Origin: a virus
Taxonomy: Duplodnaviria > Caudoviricetes
Virus record (IMG/VR): IMGVR_UViG_3300009117_000021
Coordinates: 1 to 32,621 of that record
Reading direction: 5' to 3' (one strand)
DNA length: 32,621 nucleotides
The notes under the pieces are model-generated. The model was given only the letters and a program-made list of their open reading frames with translations, was not told where the DNA came from and did no database searches. Both the position numbers and the translations under genes were made by a program. The stretch's first letter is position 1. Every line of letters starts with the position of its first letter. Below are positions 1 to 7,588 of the stretch, in pieces.

Positions 1-89
1 TCGAGACCGGAGTCGATAATTTGTTCCTTAGTTAGACCTTGGGTTAATTGATGGAAGATGGTTGCCATCATTTCTGCATGAGCAAATTC
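1..89 (-). pseudogene. cotJC: Start of the 3' portion of a host CotJC / manganese-catalase-family spore coat gene, interrupted by the prophage
   Basis: Minus strand reads EFAHAEMMATIFHQLTQGLTKEQIIDSGL, matching the CotJC segment (GTE)EFAHLEMIATMVYKLT..T.EQ...AGL. In-frame stops (TAA TAG TAA) lie just upstream in phage DNA and there is no start codon or RBS there. Confidence 0.8.
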
Positions 90-123
90 TTTAGGGTGTT
101 ACTATTATCAATGATGAGTAAAA
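85..123. other. Prophage attachment junction; crossover near 88-92
   Basis: CotJC homology ends abruptly at about 90, roughly 30 bp from the recombinase stop codon. Confidence 0.65.
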
Positions 124-1707
124 TTAAAAATCCCTTGATATTCTAGGATAAACTGTTAATTCAAATTTGTCGGGTGGATTATGCCAACGACCGCCAACTG
201 TTTTTTTATAATCAACATGGTCAATAACATCTCTAAGAAGCTTATTTTGTTCCCCGACAGAAAGAGAGTGATATACATCTAATATTTTTTTTATTTTTGG
301 TACTAATAGAATTCTTTCGGTCTCATTCTTTTTGATAAGTGTTACCTCTTTTGATAGATCATGTAATTGAGATTCTTTTTCTGTAATTTTTTGTGACAAG
401 GTCTGATTTCTTTTGGTAAATATTTCAGCCGTGTATACCCCTTGTTCCAAGAGGTCAAATGTATTTTCTAACTGGTTTCGAAGATTAACTATTTCTTTTT
501 TAAGAGCATTTATTGAAGATTCAATTACTAGCTTCTTATCTGATACTATTAAGTCATCAGATTTTTTTAAAGGAATATCACATTCTTTTATCCATTTTTC
601 TAGTGAGTCAAGTAATTTTTCTTCAACCATATAAAGGGGCGCAGATATATTTGGACAACTATGTGTAATACAAATAAGGGAGGCGGGCTGGCCAGTTTTT
701 TCATATGGTCTACGTTGCATAGCATTTCCACAAAAAGCACAGCGCACAACACCTGCCAATGGATTTTTCACGGTAGTAAAATCAGGCATAGAAGATGGGC
801 GGTTATTTTTAATCTTATCATGAACAATATACCACAGCTCATCAGCAACAATTGGATCATGGAGTCCATCATAAACAACTACATTTTCATTTATAGGCCG
901 ATAAGGAATTACCTTTCCGTTTTCCGTTCTTTTAATTGTTTTCCGATAGTCCCAAGTTAGTTTTCCTATGTAAACTGGATTTTGCAACATGCGAGTTACA
1001 GAAGAAGTTGCCCAAGAACCGCCTTTTCTGTTTTTAATACCCATAGCATTGATACGTTTAGCGATTGTACTACGTCCTACGGGGCGAAAGGTATTATCTG
1101 GCTGTTTTTCGCCATATGCATACATTTCATACATCATTTTAACAATTTCAGCTTCGGAGGGGACAATTTTTAGGGTATAACCCTTTTCACCCTTTATTTT
1201 TTTGCGCTCATATCCAAATGGAGGGATGCTACCGCAATATTTACCTTCTGAAACGGAAGCTTTACGTCCTTGTTGCATTCGGCGGTTAATTGTTTTGTAT
1301 TCTCGGCGGGACATAAAAAGTCCGAATTCAAAATATTCCTCGTCAAATTCATTATTTGGATCATAAGTTTTTGTAGGTGTGACGATAAGGGTGTTGCTAT
1401 ATTTAAAAGCATTTGCAACAATACCCTGATCCAGTGTATTACCTCTGGCCAAACGCTCAACTTCCATAACAACTACGCCGTGCCATAATCCTGATTCAAC
1501 ATCAGCAAGCAGTTGCTGCATAACAGGACGAGCAGCCAAGGTTTCACCAGATACAATTTCTCTATAAATTTTTCCTATAGTTAGACGCTGGCTATTCGCA
1601 ACTGACAATAAAGCTTTTTCATGACGTGCTAGGGTTTCGCCCTCGCCACGTTGTTCTGCCTCATCGTCTGTACGGGATTTTCTCAGATAAATGCAATATT
1701 GTTCCAT
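124..1707 (-). CDS. Large serine recombinase (integrase)
   Basis: YLRKS catalytic motif, ERLARG, recombinase domain, Zn ribbon (CAFC...C...C), coiled coil; RBS AAGGTGA. Confidence 0.95.
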   Translation of the reverse strand: MEQYCIYLRKSRTDDEAEQRGEGETLARHEKALLSVANSQRLTIGKIYREIVSGETLAARPVMQQLLADVESGLWHGVVVMEVERLARGNTLDQGIVANAFKYSNTLIVTPTKTYDPNNEFDEEYFEFGLFMSRREYKTINRRMQQGRKASVSEGKYCGSIPPFGYERKKIKGEKGYTLKIVPSEAEIVKMMYEMYAYGEKQPDNTFRPVGRSTIAKRINAMGIKNRKGGSWATSSVTRMLQNPVYIGKLTWDYRKTIKRTENGKVIPYRPINENVVVYDGLHDPIVADELWYIVHDKIKNNRPSSMPDFTTVKNPLAGVVRCAFCGNAMQRRPYEKTGQPASLICITHSCPNISAPLYMVEEKLLDSLEKWIKECDIPLKKSDDLIVSDKKLVIESSINALKKEIVNLRNQLENTFDLLEQGVYTAEIFTKRNQTLSQKITEKESQLHDLSKEVTLIKKNETERILLVPKIKKILDVYHSLSVGEQNKLLRDVIDHVDYKKTVGGRWHNPPDKFELTVYPRISRDF

Positions 1708-1743
1708 GAAATCACCTTCTTAATAAATTGTTTTTCAACTTTT

Positions 1744-1772
1744 AGCATATATCAGTATCCCTAAAAAATCAA
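1744..1772 (-). promoter_or_regulatory. Putative sigmaA promoter of the integrase
   Basis: TTGATT-N17-TATGCT on the minus strand, about 35 bp upstream of the ATG. Confidence 0.45.
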
Positions 1773-1802
1773 ACGAAATAGTAAACTATTAAATGGAAAT
1801 CG

Positions 1803-2045
1803 TTATCTGTTTATTTCGGGATTGTCTGTTCTGGCAAGTAAATAATCAACAGAGCAATCCAAACGATCAGCTATTTTGGCAAGACTAACAGCCTGAATCC
1901 AAGAACCTCTATGAACCATAGTAGATAAAGTGTTTTTGCCTAATTCGCAATAGTCAAGTAAATCTTTAATTAATATAGCCTTTTCTTTTGCTCTTTGCTT
2001 AATTCTCCCCGCTGTTTCCTTTGAGCAGTAATGTGAATCCTTCAT
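1803..2045 (-). CDS. XRE-family HTH protein
   Basis: LAKIADRLDCSVDYLLARTD XRE C-terminal signature; RBS AAAGGTGA. Confidence 0.85.
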   Translation of the reverse strand: MKDSHYCSKETAGRIKQRAKEKAILIKDLLDYCELGKNTLSTMVHRGSWIQAVSLAKIADRLDCSVDYLLARTDNPEINR

Positions 2046-2218
2046 GAATTATCACCTTTCGTTTTTAGAATGGCATATAATCCCTTTTTGTTTAAAAATC
2101 CCTCAACTGTGGGATATAATGGAAATTATATAAATATTTTACCACATAAAAACAATTGGTGGGATGTTTATACAAAAAGTTTATCGACACAATTAGTCAG
2201 ACAAAAGGGGGATTAAGT

Positions 2219-2320
2219 ATGAAAGAGATTTTAGAATTACTTAGCTTGGCAAACGAAAGACAATTAAAGATTATCAAGAAATTTATTGAAAGCTTGATAA
2301 AAAAAAGAGAGGGGGATTAA
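2219..2320 (+). CDS. 33-aa peptide converging on the repressor gene (possible antirepressor)
   Basis: MKEILELLSLANERQLKIIKKFIESLIKKREGD; RBS AAAGGGGGA; not in the ORF track. Confidence 0.55.
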   Translation: MKEILELLSLANERQLKIIKKFIESLIKKREGD

Positions 2321-2329
2321 CCCCCTCTC
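2307..2329. terminator. Hairpin terminator between converging genes
   Basis: GAGAGGGGG-attaa-CCCCCTCTC with an A-tract on the left. Confidence 0.7.
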
Positions 2330-2333
2330 CCTA

Positions 2334-2708
2334 TCAATCGTTTTCTTTCACCAGTTCTTTTGCCATTTTTTCTAATAGTTCCCATTCGTCGGTTCCAAGC
2401 CTGCTTAACATAGATAAAAACCTTTTCTTAAAGGTATCATCTTCGTCAGAAAGCGCATCACCCATAAAAGCGGCGATTTCTTCATCCTTAGTAATTTCTG
2501 CAAACATTTCCCCGTTACCGTTTCTAAGCCATTCTTCACGAACTCCGAAGGTTAAACAAATTATAGCAATTATTTTATCGCTAACTTCTTTTTTTCCATT
2601 TTCCATTGTGGAGACATGGCCGTGAGTAATTTTAATTTTATTAGCGAAATCGTCTTGTGATAATCCAAGATGTTTTCTTAATTCTTTAATTCTATAGCCG
2701 CATGTCAA
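2334..2708 (-). CDS. CI-like XRE repressor without a peptidase domain
   Basis: RIKELRKHLGLSQDDFA...WLRNGNGEMF; divergent from the lytic operon; TTG start with RBS AAAGGAGG. Confidence 0.88.
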   Translation of the reverse strand: MTCGYRIKELRKHLGLSQDDFANKIKITHGHVSTMENGKKEVSDKIIAIICLTFGVREEWLRNGNGEMFAEITKDEEIAAFMGDALSDEDDTFKKRFLSMLSRLGTDEWELLEKMAKELVKEND

Positions 2709-2737
2709 AATTTTTCCTCCTTTCTTAATTCAGTATT

Positions 2738-2845
2738 TCTTGCATTGCAATAATTCTATCACAAAAAATGTTGCTATGCAACAAAAAAGCGGAGAAAAGT
2801 ATTGACAATTGTTTCTAAGTAACATATAATTGTGCCATAGAAACA
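2738..2845. promoter_or_regulatory. Four 15-bp palindromic operators, consensus TGTTGCnnnGCAACA
   Basis: tcttgcattgcaata 2738, tgttgctatgcaaca 2769, tgtttctaagtaaca 2810, tgtgccatagaaaca 2831. Confidence 0.75.
2802..2830 (+). promoter_or_regulatory. Early lytic sigmaA promoter
   Basis: Perfect TTGACA-N17-TATAAT; an operator fills the spacer. Confidence 0.9.
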
Positions 2846-2921
2846 ACTGGAGCTACAATTTTATGAAAGGAATCCAGAAGATAGAACTTAGAATTAATAA
2901 TTTTGAAGGGTGATGTGAGAA

Positions 2922-3089
2922 ATGGATGAAGTGAAAATGAATGAAGTTTTGAATGCAGTTGCAGATAGGTTAATTAAAGAATGCAAGCGAAATGGAAGTA
3001 ATACAGAACAGATTTTATTTATGGCAAGGGCTATAGATGATTTAGTAGTGACCAGAGAGAGACTTTTAAGGTCAAAGGATCATTGTTAA
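2922..3089 (+). CDS. 55-aa hypothetical protein
   Basis: MDEVKMNEVLNAVADRLIKEC...; RBS AAGGGTGA. Confidence 0.55.
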   Translation: MDEVKMNEVLNAVADRLIKECKRNGSNTEQILFMARAIDDLVVTRERLLRSKDHC

Positions 3090-3138
3090 TTTAGCGCATG
3101 GATAAGACAACAGAAAGAGGAAGGTAGGAGATGAGAGT

Positions 3139-3282
3139 ATGTCTGAAAAAGAATTAAAAATTTTAACCACATTCAAACAGATAATTCCACAGCTTAGTGA
3201 CCTCCAAAAGGAGAGACTAATCGGGTTCGGGGAAGGTTTGGAGTATGCAATGGCTTGTAAGAAGGAAAAAAAGTGTAGCTAA
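3139..3282 (+). CDS. 47-aa small phage protein
   Basis: MSEKELKILTTFKQIIPQLSDLQKERLIGFGEGL...; RBS AGGAG. Confidence 0.7.
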   Translation: MSEKELKILTTFKQIIPQLSDLQKERLIGFGEGLEYAMACKKEKKCS

Positions 3283-3287
3283 TTACA

Positions 3288-3317
3288 GAATAGGACAAAT
3301 TCAGCAAAGCATAGCTT
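3288..3317 (+). promoter_or_regulatory. Putative sporulation-sigma (sigmaE-like) promoter
   Basis: GAATA-N17-CATAGCTT directly upstream of RBS AGGAGGTG. Confidence 0.4.
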
Positions 3318-3336
3318 TTATCAGGAGGTGTTTAAA

Positions 3337-3531
3337 ATGGCAGAAGCAATGCGGTTTGTCAGCGGGAATACAACTTGCATTATAATGGATGATTGCTGCA
3401 GTCATCCAGACCAAGCGAAGCGGGATGCAGAAATAAAAAGGCGTGTTGCTGATAATGCGTTACGTGGCATTAGAGCAAATCCAGAAAGGTATTATAAAAG
3501 GCTTGCTGAGATTAAAAAAGCAGGTACATAA
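3337..3531 (+). CDS. 64-aa hypothetical protein, candidate recombination directionality factor
   Basis: Strong RBS; followed by a GGGC-GAAA-GCCC hairpin; function inferred only. Confidence 0.7.
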   Translation: MAEAMRFVSGNTTCIIMDDCCSHPDQAKRDAEIKRRVADNALRGIRANPERYYKRLAEIKKAGT

Positions 3532-3582
3532 CGGGCGAAAGCCCTATACATCGGACAAGCATACATAAGAGAGGATGAATTT

Positions 3583-3870
3583 ATGAAAGCAACAGGAGTA
3601 ACACGGAAATTAGATAATTTGGGCAGGGTGGTCCTGCCCATAGAGCTTCGAAGAAATTTAGGAATTGGTATTTGTGACACATTAGAAATATTCACAGAGG
3701 GTGAAAATATTGTTTTGCGGCGTTATAACGCTACGGACGGTTTGCTTGAAATTGCCCAACGTATGAAGGATAGGGTAGCCGTTGAAGATTGTGGCGAAAT
3801 GAAGCCTGTTTTAATGGACAAGCTTGAGGAAATTGAAAAAATTATTATGTCCGGTACGGACAAACATTAA
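3583..3870 (+). CDS. AbrB/MazE/SpoVT-family DNA-binding protein
   Basis: MKATGVTRKLDNLGRVVLPIELRRNLGI is the AbrB N-terminal signature. Confidence 0.92.
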   Translation: MKATGVTRKLDNLGRVVLPIELRRNLGIGICDTLEIFTEGENIVLRRYNATDGLLEIAQRMKDRVAVEDCGEMKPVLMDKLEEIEKIIMSGTDKH

Positions 3871-3883
3871 GGAGGAAATTCAT

Positions 3884-4099
3884 ATGCCAGCAAAAGAGTT
3901 TGAAATTTCAAAAACATACGGTGTTATTTCACCGGGAGATTTTCAAAAAGAGGTCAATCTTATCAGTTGGAACGGTAGAAAAGAAAAGGTTGATATTCGT
4001 GGGTGGGATGATACCCATACAAAGTGCACCAAAGGGATTGCTTTAAGTATGGATGAGGCGAGAGTGCTTAGAGATATTTTGAATGGTATAGAGTTTTAA
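3884..4099 (+). CDS. PC4/YdbC-family ssDNA-binding protein
   Basis: KEVNLISWNG...DIRGW...TKGIALS motif; RBS AAGGAGG. Confidence 0.85.
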   Translation: MPAKEFEISKTYGVISPGDFQKEVNLISWNGRKEKVDIRGWDDTHTKCTKGIALSMDEARVLRDILNGIEF

Positions 4100-4112
4100 G
4101 GAGGTTACCACT

Positions 4113-4397
4113 ATGGCAAGGTCGGTAGAAGCCCAACCGCCGAGGCCTTCGGCTTTAGAAAATATGACTCGTGCAAAAGCGGAGGTTTATGGTTTAAAGG
4201 TTGGTGCAAGGGTAAGGCAATACATAACCAGTTATGATGATAGCCACAAAAGCAAGTGTAAGGTTAGAGAGGGTACCGTGATAGGCATATGGGATCATGG
4301 TTTTGCGGTACAGCTTCCTAACCATAAAACATTCTTTCGGTATAACCTTCTTCGGAGACAAGAACAGGGGGAGCGGGTTGAGATTTTGAAAGGTTGA
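4113..4397 (+). CDS. Hypothetical protein
   Basis: RBS AAGGAGGT, in operon. Confidence 0.7.
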   Translation: MARSVEAQPPRPSALENMTRAKAEVYGLKVGARVRQYITSYDDSHKSKCKVREGTVIGIWDHGFAVQLPNHKTFFRYNLLRRQEQGERVEILKG

Positions 4398-4433
4398 AGC
4401 AGGAGCAAATGAAGTGGAGCAAATAAAATTAAG

Positions 4434-4749
4434 TGGCTTTTCTAAGCAGCATCCCCGTGTTTATATAATTTTTTGTCAGAGGCTTAATCTTCTCTGCCAT
4501 GGAGATAGTCAGTAGAAACGTTAAGCACATAAGAAATTTTGTCGAGGTTTGCAAATCGTGGCATATAGTCTCCTCGTAACCAACGTTGTACGGTCACGGT
4601 AGAAACATCAGATAACATGGCAAGGTCGCGAGGACTCATATCCATTTTTTTCATAGCGAGTTTGAGACGCTCTGAAAAAGCATAAAAAAAGAAGAAGAAA
4701 AAGAAAGCAATCACCACCTTTCGGGCGGGGATGTTGCTTTGAGAAGCCA
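4434..4749. repeat. 24-bp imperfect inverted repeats (4434-4457 and 4726-4749) flanking the antisense HTH gene
   Basis: tggcttttctaagcagcatccccg vs cggggatgttgctttgagaagcca; 21/24 Watson-Crick complementary. Confidence 0.8.
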
Positions 4750-4750
4750 A
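4484..4750 (-). CDS. XRE-family HTH protein, antisense to the early operon (start uncertain)
   Basis: FSERLKLAM...TVQRWLRG..P....L.KIS.VLNVSTDYLHG. Confidence 0.75.
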   Translation of the reverse strand: MASQSNIPARKVVIAFFFFFFFYAFSERLKLAMKKMDMSPRDLAMLSDVSTVTVQRWLRGDYMPRFANLDKISYVLNVSTDYLHGRED

Positions 4751-4828
4751 TATATAATTTTATTTTACCACAATCAGGATAAGAGTACATATGGAAAATC
4801 CAAAAGGAAATTATGAAAGGGTGATTAT

Positions 4829-5101
4829 ATGGAACCAAGAGAAATAGAGGAGGTTGAGCAAATATACGATTTAAAATCAAGGAAAGAAAAGCGGGAGAAG
4901 CGAAGGGATAGGAAACAGTTTTTTGCAGAACTGCTTAAGTGTATCTTTCTAATAATTGTTGCAATAATTTCAGCGGCGATTATTGTGCCGAAGTCTGAAG
5001 CGGCACCCGAAAAGGCTCTAATTATTTACGAGTTCTGTGCAGTTTTTGCAATTATTATTTTAGTTAGTTTTTGGTTGGATAAACCAAGGAGGAAGAAGTG
5101 A
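4829..5101 (+). CDS. Small two-TM membrane protein
   Basis: Two hydrophobic segments; RBS AAGGGTGA. Confidence 0.7.
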   Translation: MEPREIEEVEQIYDLKSRKEKREKRRDRKQFFAELLKCIFLIIVAIISAAIIVPKSEAAPEKALIIYEFCAVFAIIILVSFWLDKPRRKK

Positions 5102-5125
5102 CAAATTGAATGAGGAATTTATGCA

Positions 5126-5195
5126 ATAAAAAAGGCACTGGGAAACCCAGCACCACCTACAAATTTATTATAGCATAGATTCCTTTTTTGAACAA
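5126..5195 (-). ncRNA. Putative antisense sRNA unit (promoter, hairpin, U tract)
   Basis: TTGTTC-N17-TATAAT with extended TG, then GGTGCTGGG-ttt-CCCAGTGCC-TTTTTT. Confidence 0.45.
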
Positions 5196-5207
5196 GGAGG
5201 GAATTTC

Positions 5208-5579
5208 ATGATAGAAAAGGCAATAGCAAAGATTAATGTAGAAATTCAAATGGCTCCGAACAATGTTTATCGGGCCAGAGTTGGGGAATACATTATTGAC
5301 CATATCCTTTCGGAGGATGATGCAGCAAAGGTTTTGGACAAAAAGAAGTCTTTGGGGAAAGCCTTGGAAGTTATTTTTTCCAAGGCGAGAGCCCAAGCTA
5401 TTGGTGATAATGCTTGGATTGAGGATAGCGTAGTATTCGGCTGGGCAATGAAATATTTCGGCCTTCAAGACGAAGAATTACCAAATCCGCAAACGACTGC
5501 GAAAAGGCGAGAAGAAAAGACGGCAGAAAAGCCTGTGAAAAAAGGCGTTGTTTTAGCACTGGAAGATTTCTTTTCGTAA
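5208..5579 (+). CDS. PcfK-like / AcrIIA9-like protein
   Basis: KSL...KAR......DSVVFGWAMKYF motif, acidic-aromatic tail (LEDFFS), directly upstream of PcfJ. Confidence 0.65.
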   Translation: MIEKAIAKINVEIQMAPNNVYRARVGEYIIDHILSEDDAAKVLDKKKSLGKALEVIFSKARAQAIGDNAWIEDSVVFGWAMKYFGLQDEELPNPQTTAKRREEKTAEKPVKKGVVLALEDFFS

Positions 5580-5584
5580 AGGCG

Positions 5585-7576
5585 GTGGCGGTGATGGACA
5601 AAAAAATGAAGGAGCTGTCTTGGCCTACGTTCCACGAAGAAAGCAACGTAAAATATAAGGTTTCCGTAAATCAACCAGTTATTAAAGGGGAACGCCTGCT
5701 AGTGGTCACCTTTACCAAAAACACAGGGTATCAAGCTGTGGGATATGCTCAAGAAACAATCGATTTACGTGTAATTTGTAAAAAGAAATATGGCGTCCCA
5801 ACCATCATTGATAAGGAAGGAAGCCAAAGACGGTTATTTTTAAATATACTGCTGGGCTGTTATTATCACTATTTTTTCATAGAAGATGCAGACAAAAAGC
5901 GGATTGCCTCCTACATAAAAAGCAATGAAAACAATACTTCTTATCTTGTTAAAGAGTTTCTCACATGGATTCAGAAAGCGTGGGATACAGAGGCCATGGA
6001 GAAAAGGAAAGCTCAAGGCAAGCTTATGGATGAAGACTATGCTTTGTGTCCGGAGGAACTGCCCAATGGGTTAGAGGAATGGATTAGGAGATATATCCTT
6101 CCCGAGGATAATGTGATTATACATAAACAAGGTGGATGGAAAGGCAAATGCTATGCTTGCGGTCAAGATGTAAAAGCCAATGCAAACCGCCGTTTCAAAC
6201 ATCAACATAGTAGCAAATGCCCTAATTGTGGTACGGAAGTTATTTGTTATCGAGATACCAGTGATAATTGGAACGCCACAACTGTTGAAAATATCGTTGC
6301 AGTACAAAAGGGGACGGATGGAAAAACGGTATTTTTTAGACAATGGCGGTTACTTCGTGACCATACAGCACGGTGGGAGAACATTCCCCGAAGCCTAAAG
6401 GAAGTCGCACGATATGCAATTAGAGAGAAGGAAACGGCCAAGTGGCAGAAAGAGGGGAAAGAGAGTCATTTCTATGGCTGCGAAAGGTACACTCTCGACA
6501 ACTGGACGAAATGGCGTGGGAATTGCATTTATGATAATGGATTTACATTCTTCCCCGGGGGAGTACAGGAAAATCTTGCAGGGACGCAGATGCAGTATGC
6601 GGATTTGGAAGGATACCTTCGGTCAGCAAGAGGGTACAGCAAGAACCCAATTTATTTCTTAGAGTATTTTGTAAAATATCCTGTTACAGAATTTTTATGG
6701 AAAGCAGGATACCACAAATTACTCCATGAGAAGATATGGGGGTTAAAAAAGGAAGACCGAAATGCAATTCTATGGCAGCGGAAGAAATTAAAGGAGTGTT
6801 TCCGTTTCCCTATAAGGCTTTTAAAGGTTTTGCCGCCAGAGGAATGGACTATGGACAAAGTAGCCATTACCAGTGAGATGTGGAAACGCCGGGGAAGCGG
6901 ACTTACCGAAGATGAATTAAAAGCCGCCCTGCATTTGGGCAACAGTGTGAAGGAGTTAGAGAGAGCGCTGAACTATGCAAGCGTTGTAAAAATATCAAAG
7001 TACATAGAAAAACAGCACGAGGAAGGAAAAGGAACGGAGTCTAAATTGTATAGCGTTCCTGCTGATACAATTCGTACATACCGTGATTACCTATATGAAT
7101 GCGAACAGCTTCAACTTCCTTTGACAGATAATATGATTCTATTCCCTCCCCATTTAATGGCAGCTCATGAAAGAACGATGGCACAAGTGAAATTTGAGAA
7201 AAACAAAGCAGATCAGGAAAAATTTCAAAAGCAGATTAAAAAATTAGAAAAATATATTTGGGAAGATGGCGGGTTACTCATTCGGCCTCCTGTACAACAA
7301 GAAGAAATAGCAAAAGAGGGAGTGGTACTGCATCATTGTGTAGGGGGTTACATACAGCAGGTAGCGGAGGGCACCACAGCAATATTATTTCTTCGTCACG
7401 CTGCAGAACCGGACAAACCGTTTTACACTCTGGAATTAAATCCCAAAACCCTTAAGGTGGTACAGTGTCGGACTGATCAAAATAAGAGTTATGACCGGGA
7501 GCCTGAGATAAAAGAATTTGTTGAAACATGGCTACAAAAGGTAGTGCATAAGCGTAAAAAGAAAAAAGCCGCATAG
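5585..7576 (+). CDS. PcfJ-domain protein
   Basis: Zn ribbon CYAC...CPNC; YRDYL; EG..LHHCVGGY...FLR...PFYTLE...VQCR. Confidence 0.85.
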   Translation: MAVMDKKMKELSWPTFHEESNVKYKVSVNQPVIKGERLLVVTFTKNTGYQAVGYAQETIDLRVICKKKYGVPTIIDKEGSQRRLFLNILLGCYYHYFFIEDADKKRIASYIKSNENNTSYLVKEFLTWIQKAWDTEAMEKRKAQGKLMDEDYALCPEELPNGLEEWIRRYILPEDNVIIHKQGGWKGKCYACGQDVKANANRRFKHQHSSKCPNCGTEVICYRDTSDNWNATTVENIVAVQKGTDGKTVFFRQWRLLRDHTARWENIPRSLKEVARYAIREKETAKWQKEGKESHFYGCERYTLDNWTKWRGNCIYDNGFTFFPGGVQENLAGTQMQYADLEGYLRSARGYSKNPIYFLEYFVKYPVTEFLWKAGYHKLLHEKIWGLKKEDRNAILWQRKKLKECFRFPIRLLKVLPPEEWTMDKVAITSEMWKRRGSGLTEDELKAALHLGNSVKELERALNYASVVKISKYIEKQHEEGKGTESKLYSVPADTIRTYRDYLYECEQLQLPLTDNMILFPPHLMAAHERTMAQVKFEKNKADQEKFQKQIKKLEKYIWEDGGLLIRPPVQQEEIAKEGVVLHHCVGGYIQQVAEGTTAILFLRHAAEPDKPFYTLELNPKTLKVVQCRTDQNKSYDREPEIKEFVETWLQKVVHKRKKKKAA

Positions 7577-7588
7577 GAGGAATATACA

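Noticed and set aside
413-1488. Short ORFs overlapping the integrase, and other antisense or shadow ORFs over structural genes
   Set aside because: No RBS or motifs; shadows of well-supported genes.
1708-1802. Sporulation-sigma promoter for the integrase
   Set aside because: Spacings do not fit sigmaE, F, G or K; a sigmaA-type fit is better.
1708-2900. LexA/SOS box (GAAC-N4-GTTC) in the immunity region
   Set aside because: None found by eye.
4396-4425. Short GGAGCAAAT direct repeat
   Set aside because: Only two 9-bp copies, with no supportable function.
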